Below, in pieces: positions 18,338 to 27,170 of a stretch of 64,000 nucleotides of DNA; within the stretch, counting starts at the first letter, position 1, and each line of letters begins with the position of its first letter. A model generated the notes under the pieces. That model was not told the DNA's origin, did no database searches, and was given only the letters and a program-made list of their open reading frames with translations. The stretch spans positions 72,957-136,956 of the forward strand of contig JAGLYZ010000001.1 of assembly GCA_023131895.1 (NCBI GenBank). The letters run 5' to 3'. The position numbers and the translations under genes were made by a program. Source of the DNA: Candidatus Parcubacteria bacterium (lineage in GTDB: Bacteria > Patescibacteriota > Minisyncoccia > Minisyncoccales > JAGMDC01).

Positions 18338-19021
18338 ATGTATTCTAAAAAAATTGTTATCAGTATAAATGAAGAAAAATGGGCTCGCTATCCCATAAAG
18401 ACGCATTTTATTGAAACAAAAGATAGGCTGGAAGACATTATTGAGAGATATGTTCTTTCTTCTGTTGAGAAAAATGATATTGTTGTTTTATGCCAGAAAA
18501 TTGTTGCCATTATACAGGGCAAAATAGTTTATAAAAAAGATGTCAGTCCGGGAAATTGGGCTGTGTTTTTATCTAGGTTTGCTAAAAAAACTCCTTATGG
18601 TTTTTCAGTAGGCAATCCTTTAAAAATGCAGGTCGCTATTTCATTAGCAGGCCTGCCCAGAATTTTATTAGCAAGTTTTTTAGGAGGTATTGCTAAAATT
18701 TTTGGCATCAGAGGAATCTTTTACAGAGTAGCCGGGCATCAAATAAATCAAATAGACGGGTTTTACGGAGATGCATTTCCTCAATATTCTGAAATGGGTA
18801 TCTTAGGGCTTGAGAATCTTGATGACTTCTGCAATCAATTAAAAGAGAAATATGACGTTTCTTTTGTTGCGGCAGATATAAATGATTTGGGGGGAAATAT
18901 CTTGGGAAAGAGTGATGATTTAAAAGGCAAGGATAAATTATTGCTTCAGCTCTTAAAAGATAATCCTGCTGGCCAGTCAAACCAGCAGACGCCAATAATT
19001 ATTTTGCGAAAAAATGATTAG
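18338..19021 (+). CDS. CofE-like (F420-0:gamma-glutamyl ligase family fold) protein
   Basis: Start moved to ATG 18338 because the longer ORF overlaps rnpB. IVVLCQKIVAIIQGK and DNPAGQSNQQTPIII resemble the CofE-family pattern, recalled from memory. Confidence 0.45.
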   Translation: MYSKKIVISINEEKWARYPIKTHFIETKDRLEDIIERYVLSSVEKNDIVVLCQKIVAIIQGKIVYKKDVSPGNWAVFLSRFAKKTPYGFSVGNPLKMQVAISLAGLPRILLASFLGGIAKIFGIRGIFYRVAGHQINQIDGFYGDAFPQYSEMGILGLENLDDFCNQLKEKYDVSFVAADINDLGGNILGKSDDLKGKDKLLLQLLKDNPAGQSNQQTPIIILRKND

Positions 19022-20405
19022 AAGAGTTTTTAATCTACAAACAAAAAACATTAATTCAGCTGCTTTGATTTTGGGCGTGGCTTTTTTAATCAGCGCTCTT
19101 TTAGGTTTTATTAGGGATCGGCTTTTAGCCGGGAAATTCGGCGCTGGAGATGAATTAGATATCTATTATGCTGCTTTTGAAATTCCGGATTTTTTGACAA
19201 TGGTCTTAATGACAGGCGCTATTTCCGCAGCCATTATCCCTATTTTCAGTGAATATTTAATTTCTTCAAAAGAAAAGGCATGGGAGTATCTTTCTAATCT
19301 TGTTAATTTGTTTTTGTTTATTTTAATAATTGCTTCTCTTATTTTGTTTATATTTGCCCCTCAATTAATTTCTATAATTACCCCTGGTTTTTCCGGTGAA
19401 AAGAAAGAATTAACAATACTTTTAACTAGAATTATGTTTTTAAGCCCGATTATCTTGGGAATGAGCAATATTTTCTCTGCAGTCCTGCGCGTTTTTAAGA
19501 GATTTTTCATTACTTCTTTAGCTCCCATAGTATATAATCTTGGTATTATTTTTGGCATTTTATTTTTTGTTCCCTATATGGGCATTAAAGGTTTGGCTTG
19601 GGGAGTAGTATTTGGAGCTTTCCTGCATTTTTTGATCCAGATTCCGATTTTATTTAAAACAGGATTTAGGCATCAAAAACTTTTTAATTTTTTTGAACCG
19701 AGTTTTAGAAAAACAATAAAACTAACCATTCCCAGATCCATAGGTTTGGCAGCTGCTCAAATTAATTTAGTAGTAGTGACCATAATTGCTTCTACTTTGA
19801 GCGCTGGAAGCATAGCTGTTTTTAATTTAGCTGAAAATCTTTCACGTCCTCTTTTGACATTAGCGGCAATCTCTTTTTCCACTGCTGCTTTTCCCAGTTT
19901 AAGCTTGTCATTCGCTAAAAAGCAAAAAGAAAAATTTGACAAAATTTTTCTCTCTGTTTTTTATAAAATTCTTTTTTTAAGCTTATTTTTAAGTATTCTC
20001 CTTTTTCTTTTTAAAGAAGAAGTAGTCAACATTATTCTGGGAGTGGGGAGGTTCAGTTTGCTTGATGCGCAATTAACTTCTGCTTGTCTGGGAATGCTTT
20101 GTTTCGGCATTTTTGCCCAATCATTGGTTCTTTTAATCGCTAAAACATTTTACGCTGTCCAAAATACTAAGATCCCGGCTTTCACCAGTGTAGCGGCAAC
20201 CCTGTTAAATATTTTTCTTTGCTTTTATTTTGTTCATTTGCTTTCTTTCGCTAATTCTTTCCAGCAGTTTTGGACAGGTTTTCTTAATATTGAGAGTTTA
20301 GCAAATATTCAGGTTATTGGCCTGCCTTTAGCCCTGTCTCTTTCAGCTATTTTTCAACTTGCCTTGCTTTTAATATTTTCAACCAAATTAAAATGGAACC
20401 AATAA
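19014..20405 (+). CDS. murJ: Lipid II flippase MurJ/MviN
   Basis: AALILGVAFLISALLGFIRDRLLAGKFGAG...YYAAFEIPDF N-terminal signature and about 14 TM segments. Confidence 0.9.
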   Translation: MIRRVFNLQTKNINSAALILGVAFLISALLGFIRDRLLAGKFGAGDELDIYYAAFEIPDFLTMVLMTGAISAAIIPIFSEYLISSKEKAWEYLSNLVNLFLFILIIASLILFIFAPQLISIITPGFSGEKKELTILLTRIMFLSPIILGMSNIFSAVLRVFKRFFITSLAPIVYNLGIIFGILFFVPYMGIKGLAWGVVFGAFLHFLIQIPILFKTGFRHQKLFNFFEPSFRKTIKLTIPRSIGLAAAQINLVVVTIIASTLSAGSIAVFNLAENLSRPLLTLAAISFSTAAFPSLSLSFAKKQKEKFDKIFLSVFYKILFLSLFLSILLFLFKEEVVNIILGVGRFSLLDAQLTSACLGMLCFGIFAQSLVLLIAKTFYAVQNTKIPAFTSVAATLLNIFLCFYFVHLLSFANSFQQFWTGFLNIESLANIQVIGLPLALSLSAIFQLALLLIFSTKLKWNQ

Positions 20406-22243
20406 AAAAACAGATTCGCAATTTTGTAATTATTTCGCATGTGGACCATGGCAAATCTACTTTAGCAGACAGGTTTTTAGAACTGACTAATACTGTTCCA
20501 GACAACAAAATGCAGGAGCAGTTTTTAGATATGATGGATTTGGAAAGAGAAAGAGGAATTACAATCAAACTTCAGCCAGTTAGAATGGAATTAGATACAG
20601 ATAGTTTAAAAATTAAAAATTTAAAATTAAAAATTCCAGATTCAAAATTTATTTTGAATCTGGTTGATACTCCTGGACATGTAGATTTTTCCTATGAGGT
20701 TTCCCGCGCGTTAGCGGCTGTAGAAGGAGCTATTTTATTAGTAGATGCTGCGAAAGGAGTCCAGGCGCAAACATTGGCTAATTTAGAATTAGCCAAAAAG
20801 CAGGGATTAGCAATTATTCCAATAATTAATAAAATTGATTTACAGCAAGCGAGAACCGAAGAAACAAAGCAGGAATTAGCTAAGCTCTTAAACATTTCAG
20901 AACAAGACATCCTGTCTATTTCTGCTAAAAAAGGCATTAATATTGAAAAAGTTTTAGAAGCGATAATTGCCAAAGTAAAGCCTCCAGAAATAAATCAGGA
21001 CAGGCCTTTGCGAGCTTTGATTTTTGATTCAAAATTTGATTCTTATAAAGGAGTAATTGCCTATGTCCGAGTTATAGACGGCCAGATCAGCAATGATGAG
21101 AAAATATATTTAATGGCTTCTGAAACTGAATCAAAAATAAAAGAACTCGGTTATTTCAAGCCGGAATTGTCTCCCCAAAAAAAGCTATCAGCTGGTGAAA
21201 TAGGGTATATTGCCACTGGCATTAAAGAACCTGGAAAGGTGAGAGTAGGAGACACCATAACCAAGTTAAAAGTTAAAAGTGAAAAGTTAAAAATTGTTGA
21301 TATTGAGGCGTTGCCGGGTTATAAAGAGCCGAAGCCGGTTGTTTTTATAAGCGTGTATCCAGAGAATAGTGATAGATACGGCTTACTAAGAGAATCTTTG
21401 AACAAATTGAAGCTTAATGATGCTTCTTTGTATTTTGAGCCGGAACATAAGGAGATTTTTGGACAGGGATTCCGCTGCGGATTTCTTGGTTCTCTTCATT
21501 TAGAAATTACAGTAGAACGTCTTCACCGGGAATTTGATTTAGATTTAGTAGTTTTTTCGCCTTCAGTTGTTTATAAAATTATAGATAAAGTGGATAAGGA
21601 AATTTTTGTTTATTCATCAGCTGAATGGCCGGATCTCGCGATAATAAAAGAAATTCAAGAGCCGTATGTGAAGCTGGAAATAATCTGTTTTTCAGACGCC
21701 TTAGGCAATATAATGAAAATCTTAGATGAATTGCAAGGCAGGTATATCAAGACAGAATATCTTGGGTTAAATAAACCGCTATTGACTTATCATATTCCTT
21801 TAAGAGAAGTAATCACTGGTTTTTATGATAAGCTTATGTCTGTGAGCCAAGGTTATGCTTCTATGAATTATGAAATTTTAGGATATGAAAAATCCGATTT
21901 AGTCAAACTAGAAATATTAATAATCGGAAAAAAAGAGGAAGCATTTTCAAGAATCGTTCCAAAAGAAAAAGCATATCCAGAAGCAAGGACATTTTTAAAG
22001 AAAATAAAAGAAGTGCTGCCTCAGCAGCAATTCAGTGTTCCTTTGCAGGCCGTAATTGGCGGCAAGATAATTGCCAGAGAAACAATCAGCTCCAGAGGAA
22101 AGGATGTTATTGCTCCTCTTTACGGCGGCGATTATAGCAGAAAAAGAAAACTTTTGGAAAAGCAGAAAAAGGGGAAAAAGAAACTCAAGGAAAAAGCCCA
22201 GATTAAAATCCCTTCCGATGTTTATCTAAAAGTTTTGAGTTAA
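20393..22243 (+). CDS. lepA: Elongation factor 4 (LepA)
   Basis: IRNFVIISHVDHGKSTLADR, DTPGHVDF, NKIDL, and the LepA C-terminal domain (YDKLMSVSQGYASMNYE). Confidence 0.95.
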   Translation: MEPIKKQIRNFVIISHVDHGKSTLADRFLELTNTVPDNKMQEQFLDMMDLERERGITIKLQPVRMELDTDSLKIKNLKLKIPDSKFILNLVDTPGHVDFSYEVSRALAAVEGAILLVDAAKGVQAQTLANLELAKKQGLAIIPIINKIDLQQARTEETKQELAKLLNISEQDILSISAKKGINIEKVLEAIIAKVKPPEINQDRPLRALIFDSKFDSYKGVIAYVRVIDGQISNDEKIYLMASETESKIKELGYFKPELSPQKKLSAGEIGYIATGIKEPGKVRVGDTITKLKVKSEKLKIVDIEALPGYKEPKPVVFISVYPENSDRYGLLRESLNKLKLNDASLYFEPEHKEIFGQGFRCGFLGSLHLEITVERLHREFDLDLVVFSPSVVYKIIDKVDKEIFVYSSAEWPDLAIIKEIQEPYVKLEIICFSDALGNIMKILDELQGRYIKTEYLGLNKPLLTYHIPLREVITGFYDKLMSVSQGYASMNYEILGYEKSDLVKLEILIIGKKEEAFSRIVPKEKAYPEARTFLKKIKEVLPQQQFSVPLQAVIGGKIIARETISSRGKDVIAPLYGGDYSRKRKLLEKQKKGKKKLKEKAQIKIPSDVYLKVLS

Positions 22244-22283
22244 GGGTGTATTGAAATAATGAGGAAATTTTATTAGGATAAAA

Positions 22284-22388
22284 TTAGAAAAGAGGGGCGA
22301 AGAGGAAGCCAATCATACCTAAAACAACCATGGATATTAAAATAATCCAGATTGCTTTAAAAATTGTTTTTCCTTTAATTTTAGACAT
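22284..22388 (-). CDS. Possible 34-aa single-TM peptide (MSKIKGKTIFKAIWIILISMVVLGMIGFLFAPLF)
   Basis: Below the ORF-track cutoff. Fills an otherwise unexplained 150-nt gap. No SD. Confidence 0.2.
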   Translation of the reverse strand: MSKIKGKTIFKAIWIILISMVVLGMIGFLFAPLF

Positions 22389-22394
22389 TGTTTT

Positions 22395-22787
22395 ATGATA
22401 ACAAAAAAAAGAAAATATGGAAAGAAAGGAGATAATGATTTGCGTTCATTATTGTATTTTCTGTTTTTTTTGATTTTTGTATTTGGGATAATAAGTTATC
22501 TGATTATTTCTAATTGGAATATAACTCAAAAAAGAGCTGAACTTCGCTTGCAAAAGCAAGAATTGCAGAGAGAAGTGCAGGCCTTAGAAGCAAGAAAGGC
22601 GCAGCTGGAGGCTGGAGTTTATCAAACAACCCAAGATGAATATTTAGAGGAGAAAATCAGGGAGCAGGGCTATAAAAAGCAGGGCGAGGAGGCAGTGGTA
22701 ATTAAAAAAGAAATAGAGGATGAAAATCAGGTACAAAAAGAACGAGGTTTTTTAGATAAATTTTTAGAAAAATTTATCGATAAATAG
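22395..22787 (+). CDS. Septum formation initiator family protein (FtsB/DivIC-like)
   Basis: N-terminal TM, coiled coil LQKQELQREVQALEARKAQLE, then EEKIREQGYKKQGEEAVVI. Confidence 0.65.
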   Translation: MITKKRKYGKKGDNDLRSLLYFLFFLIFVFGIISYLIISNWNITQKRAELRLQKQELQREVQALEARKAQLEAGVYQTTQDEYLEEKIREQGYKKQGEEAVVIKKEIEDENQVQKERGFLDKFLEKFIDK

Positions 22788-22808
22788 TCCATATTTAGAT
22801 ATATATGT

Positions 22809-22865
22809 CCAGCCTTCGCTGACTTTGCGGGCTTTGCCCGCCGAAGCCAGCTACGGCTGGCGAAG
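22809..22865 (+). repeat. GC-rich palindromic repeat cluster abutting the tRNA-Gly 5' end
   Basis: CCTTCGC pairs with GCGAAGG. Inner hairpins GCGGGC-TTT-GCCCGC and GCCAGC-TACG-GCTGGC. Shares the GCTACGGC(G/T)GG core with the mnmA inserts. Confidence 0.6.
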
Positions 22866-22936
22866 GCGGGATTAGTATAGTGGCAGTACATGACCTTCCC
22901 AAGGTCAGGGCGCCGGTTCGATTCCGGTATCCCGCT
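22866..22936 (+). tRNA. tRNA-Gly (anticodon CCC)
   Basis: Manual cloverleaf: acceptor GCGGGAT/ATCCCGC, anticodon arm TGACC-TTCCCAA-GGTCA, T-loop TTCGATT. Confidence 0.85.
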
Positions 22937-22940
22937 ATTT

Positions 22941-23012
22941 GCCGGGATAGCTCAGTGGAAGAGCAGCGGTTTCGTAAATCGCAGGTCGAGAGTTCAAATC
23001 TCTCTCCCGGCT
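22941..23012 (+). tRNA. tRNA-Thr (anticodon CGU)
   Basis: Acceptor GCCGGGA/TCCCGGC, D arm GCTC-AGTGGAA-GAGC, anticodon loop TTCGTAA, T arm GAGAG-TTCAAAT-CTCTC, followed by a T-run. Confidence 0.85.
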
Positions 23013-23032
23013 CTTTTTTTCCGATTAATGTT

Positions 23033-23185
23033 TTAGGCAAGGACATTTGTCGGTTCGTTAATTGATAATAATTGTAGCATTTCATTGGGTGTTTTTCCGT
23101 TCAGTCCGCAGTGCTCAAGGTTATTATATTCATCATTCCATACTTTTATTTTTCTTTCCAGTTCTTTTAGATTTCTAAAATCACT
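23033..23185 (-). pseudogene. C-terminal ~50-codon remnant of a DDE (integrase-core/rve type) transposase
   Basis: Minus-strand translation SDFRNLKELERKIKVWNDEYNNLEHCGLNGKTPNEMLQLL matches the W..YN..RPH..L.GKTP.E tail of rve-domain transposases. Truncated by an upstream TGA. Confidence 0.5.
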
Positions 23186-23193
23186 TCAAACTC

Positions 23194-23222
23194 TTGACAA
23201 GATTTTAATGGTATATTATAAT
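23194..23222 (+). promoter_or_regulatory. Consensus sigma-70 promoter
   Basis: TTGACA (23194-23199), exactly 17 nt, TATAAT (23217-23222). Confidence 0.75.
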
Positions 23223-23228
23223 ACAAGC

Positions 23229-24324
23229 GTTAGAGAATAAAAATAGTTTTTTGAAAAAAATAAATAATATAAAGGTTATTAAAGGAGAGAGTAATAACCA
23301 TTAGCCATCAAATTTGATGATTATAATCATGTTTAAATAGGCGACTCTCTCTAAGAGTCGCTTATTTAAATAAAAGTTATACATGGTAGGGAGAGGGATG
23401 AAGAGGAGAGAGTACCCTGGATTTGCGGAGACCAGCAAAATAATGCTGTAGGCAGGAATCGTTAAAGGTTGCTTGCCATTACTACTCTAATCTGGAGTAT
23501 CAAAAAAATCTTCTTCATCCCTTTCCTTAATATAAGAGGAGAGAAATAATAATAGTTCTTTATTCAAAATAGTTCTTTAATACAAGCGATGAACGGGATT
23601 AAGGATTGAGCAATTAAACCCTGAATAAGAGCAATCTTGTATAGGGTAGAGGAGAGAGGTAATCCTTAGTTAGTTCTCGCAAAACAAAAATTAGTAGTGA
23701 GTGTCTGCTTCGGAGTTCTCGGAGCGACGGTTCCGGAGATGAAAGCCTCTACGCTGTTTTTGGCGAAGATGAAGCCGCCTATGGAACTGTAGGTGGCTTG
23801 GAAGGACAGGAAGAAGTGCAGGAAACAACAGAACAACTGGTGGAACGGTACGAAATTCGCGACGGCATCGCCGTAGTGGATGTCAGAGATGTCAGTGATG
23901 ATTACGACCGCACACAGCTTTTAGTGAAAGGAGAACAAATGGCTCCCACGAAGACAGCAGTGCTTTTGGGTAAAAACCCAGAAAGCGAGGAGATAGTCAC
24001 GATAGCGACGATGGACAAGGAACTCAATTTGGTGAACCTGTTTGGTCTGCCAAGCGGAGCGCCATTCAGGATTAGTTTGCCAGTCGCAGCTGGTTGGACA
24101 ATAGAGAAAGTGTTGAAAGCACTTTCTCACTAAAATCAAAATTTTGAAGGAAGTATACTCATTCCTTCCTCCTCTTTATTTTTAAGCTCACAAGACTTGT
24201 CCTGAGCTTGTCGAAGGATTGCGGGTTTAAAAATGAAGAATTCAAAGAGACCAGAAGCGTTCTCGCAGTAGATAAGAAATCTCTCTCCTCTCTGCTGTGA
24301 GAACACTTTTGGTCTTTTCTTTTT
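23229..24324 (+). ncRNA. Candidate ~1.1 kb highly structured transcript (large ncRNA, or a long structured leader plus a small foreign ORF)
   Basis: Bounded by the consensus promoter and a 20-bp hairpin plus T-run (24249-24324). Many long hairpins. The 3' half is GC-richer than its surroundings, as at rnpB. Four GGAGAGAG motifs. Confidence 0.4.
23798..24133 (+). CDS. Doubtful ORF (111 codons from TTG; alternative 64-aa product from ATG 23939 behind AAAGGAG)
   Basis: Open frame in the GC-rich segment. G/C-ending codons differ from all neighbouring genes. No family recognised. Confidence 0.3.
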   Translation: MEGQEEVQETTEQLVERYEIRDGIAVVDVRDVSDDYDRTQLLVKGEQMAPTKTAVLLGKNPESEEIVTIATMDKELNLVNLFGLPSGAPFRISLPVAAGWTIEKVLKALSH

Positions 24325-24447
24325 GGCGATTTTTGCTATAATTGTAAGTGAAGAAGAAATACAAGAATTTATTCTTGTATTTCAACTGAACGAGCAATTA
24401 GAAGGTTCTGCCGAGTAGAGCGAGGTAGGTTCTTATACTAAAATTGT

Positions 24448-25546
24448 ATGAAGGATTTTGAGGAAAACATCAGAAATTTAGAAGATAAAATCCTCTATTT
24501 AGAGGACCGTCTTTGACTTAGCTAAGAAACAGGAAAAAATCAAAGAATTAGAAAAAAAAGCCCAAAGGCCTGATTTCTGGAATGAAAGAGAAAAAGCAGC
24601 TGAAATTTCCCAAGAATTAGCTGATTTGAAAGAAGAAACAGAAAAATTTGAAAAATTTAAAAAGGATTTAGAGGAATTAAAAGAAATAATTAAATTAAAT
24701 GACGAGAGTTTAGAAAAAGAAATTGAAGAAAGAATTTTTCAAATTGAGAAAGAAATAAAAAAACAAGAACAGAGAACTTTTCTTTCTGGCAAATATGACA
24801 AAGGTAATGCCATACTTTCTATTTATTCTGGCGCTGGCGGACAGGATGCCCAGGACTGGGCAACAATACTTTTACGTATGTATAAAAGGTATACTGAAAG
24901 AAAAGGATTTAAAACAAAACTTTTACACCAGTCATTTGGCGAACCAGGCGGTCCAGAAGGAAGAATAGGCACAAAATCAGCGACTTTTGAAATAAAAGGA
25001 AAGTATGCTTATGGTTTTTTGAAAAAGGAAACAGGAGTTCACCGTTTAGTAAGAATTTCTCCTTTTTCTCCGCAAAAACTTCGCCATACCTCTTTTGCCT
25101 TGGTTGAAGTTCTGCCAGAAATTTCAAAAATAGATGAAGAGGAAATGAAGATTAAGCCAGATGACTTAAAAATTGATGTTTTTCGGGCTTCTGGTCCTGG
25201 AGGACAGTATGTCAACAAAAGAGAATCAGCAATCCGCATTACTTATATTCCAAGCAATACTGTGGTGAGCTGCCAGAGTGAACGCTTACAGGGATTGAAT
25301 AGGGGGAAGGCAATGAAATTATTATATGCCAAACTTTATCAATTAAGAGAAAAAGAAAGACAAAAAGAAGTTAAGAAAGCAAAGGGCAAATCAATTTCTG
25401 CTGAATGGGGAAATCAAATCAGGTCATATGTTATTCATCCTTATAAAATGGTAAAAGATTTAAGAACAGATGTGGAAACCTCTAATGTGGAAGATGTTTT
25501 AGACGGAAACTTAGATAAGTTCATTGAGGCAGAAATTAAAAAATAA
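24448..25546 (+). CDS. prfB: Peptide chain release factor 2, with programmed +1 frameshift at 24511-24517
   Basis: ORF0 is MKDFEENIRNLEDKILYLEDRL, then CTT TGA C. The +1 frame continues DLAKKQEKIKELE. SPF and GGQ motifs are present. An SD-like GAGGA lies upstream of the shift site. Confidence 0.93.
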
Positions 25547-25549
25547 ACA

Positions 25550-26230
25550 ATGATTAAATTTGAAAATATAACAAAAATTTATCCGCCAGACAATGCTGCC
25601 CTTAAAAATATTTCTTTAGAGATAAAAGATAAAGAATTTGTTTGTATTGTGGGCAGATGCGGCGCGGGTAAAACAACCATGTTAAAATTGATTTTAGCAG
25701 AGGAAAGGCCTGATTCCGGTAGAATTTTTTTTCAAGAGAAAAATGTTAGTAATATTAAAAGGTGTTATCTTCCAGAATTCCGTAGAGCAATTGGAATTAT
25801 CTTCCAGGATTACAAACTTCTTCCTTCAAGAAATATTTACGAAAATATTGCTTATATAATGGAAGTTATGGGGGTAAGAGACGAGGATATCAAAAGGGAT
25901 GTGCCCCAGGTTCTTGAGATTGTAGGATTGTCTGACAAAGCAGAAAATTTCCCGGTCCAGCTTTCCGGAGGAGAAAAGCAAAGGGTGGCTATTGCCCGCG
26001 CTTTAATTCACAGGCCTAAATTGATAATTGCTGACGAACCAACCGGCAATCTTGACCCCTATCATACACAGGACATAATAAAGCTTTTGGAGAGAATCAA
26101 TGAATTAGGGACAACGATTATTTTAGCCACTCATTACAAGGAGACAGTTAATGGTTTGAAAAAGAGGGTCATTACGTTAGAAGACGGCAGAATAATTAGA
26201 GATGAGGAAAAAGGCCGTTTTATTATTTAA
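25550..26230 (+). CDS. ftsE: Cell-division ABC ATPase FtsE
   Basis: Walker A GRCGAGKTT, LSGGEKQRVAIARAL, IIADEPTGNLD. Adjacent to ftsX. Confidence 0.9.
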   Translation: MIKFENITKIYPPDNAALKNISLEIKDKEFVCIVGRCGAGKTTMLKLILAEERPDSGRIFFQEKNVSNIKRCYLPEFRRAIGIIFQDYKLLPSRNIYENIAYIMEVMGVRDEDIKRDVPQVLEIVGLSDKAENFPVQLSGGEKQRVAIARALIHRPKLIIADEPTGNLDPYHTQDIIKLLERINELGTTIILATHYKETVNGLKKRVITLEDGRIIRDEEKGRFII

Positions 26231-26236
26231 TCAAAA

Positions 26237-27151
26237 ATGCCTATAATAATCTCATTAAAGCGAATATTTAATGCAGGATGGAAAGGTTTTTATAAAAACA
26301 TAGGGCTTTCAATTGCTACAGTTTTTATTTTGGTCTTAGCTGTTTCTTTAGCAACTTCGCTTTTTATTATAAAAGACATCACAAAGCTTGTGATTGCTGA
26401 TTTTCAGGAAAAAGTTGATATTTCTGTTTACTTCAAAGAGGATTGTTTAGAAGAAGATATTTTTGTAATCAAAGAAGAGCTTGAAGCATTCTCTGAAGTA
26501 AAAAAAGTGGAATATGTTTCAAAAGAGCAGGCGCTTGAAGCTTTTAAGCAAAGGCATCAGGATGATGAGGTTTTAATGGGTTCATTGGAAGAATTGGGAA
26601 GAAATCCTTTTTTTGCTTCTTTGAACATTACATCTTGGCAGCCGTCCCAATACGAAGAAGTTGATAATTTTTTAAAAAATGCTGAATTCAACGAAAAAAT
26701 AGCAAAAATTGATTATTTCCAAAAGAAACCAATCATTGAAAAAATATTTTCCATAAGCTATCAAATTAACACAACAGGAATTATTTTGGCTTTGATTGTT
26801 TCTATTATTGCTATTTTAATTGTTTTTAACCATATTAAGCTGGCGATTTTAAATTATCATAAAGAGGTTGAGGTTCAGCGCCTGGTCGGAGCTGCCAATT
26901 GGTTTATAAGGGGACCTTTTGTAATCCAGTCAATACTTGCCGGCATATTTGCCGCTATTATTTGTCTTTTGTTTTTTACTGTAAGTATTTTCTTTTTAAG
27001 TCCTCAAATCGGAGAGATTGTTTCAGGATTTAATCTTTTTGAATATTTTGTAAGCAATTTATTTATTATATTCTTAATACAGCTTTTAACAGGCATTGGC
27101 TTGGGAGTAATCTCCAGTTTAATCGCCATCAGAAAATACCTAAAGGTGTAA
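26237..27151 (+). CDS. ftsX: Cell-division permease-like protein FtsX
   Basis: N-terminal TM, extracytoplasmic domain, and C-terminal 3-TM FtsX domain (EVEVQRLVGAANWFIRGPF). Confidence 0.88.
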   Translation: MPIIISLKRIFNAGWKGFYKNIGLSIATVFILVLAVSLATSLFIIKDITKLVIADFQEKVDISVYFKEDCLEEDIFVIKEELEAFSEVKKVEYVSKEQALEAFKQRHQDDEVLMGSLEELGRNPFFASLNITSWQPSQYEEVDNFLKNAEFNEKIAKIDYFQKKPIIEKIFSISYQINTTGIILALIVSIIAILIVFNHIKLAILNYHKEVEVQRLVGAANWFIRGPFVIQSILAGIFAAIICLLFFTVSIFFLSPQIGEIVSGFNLFEYFVSNLFIIFLIQLLTGIGLGVISSLIAIRKYLKV

Positions 27152-27170
27152 TTCTTGGAAAGCTAAATAT

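Noticed and set aside
22795-23085. ORFs 22795-23085 (minus strand) and 22880-23065 (plus strand)
   Set aside because: They run straight through the tRNA-Gly and tRNA-Thr genes. Only the 23033-23185 minus-strand segment has a protein-like signal (the transposase tail), and it is in a different frame context.
23284-23658. Four GGAGAGAG motifs spaced about 115-130 nt apart as a CRISPR-like or type III toxin-antitoxin repeat array
   Set aside because: Only the 8-mer is shared. The flanks are not repeated, the spacing is irregular, and there are no cas genes or a toxin-like ORF. The motifs are better explained as elements of one structured transcript.
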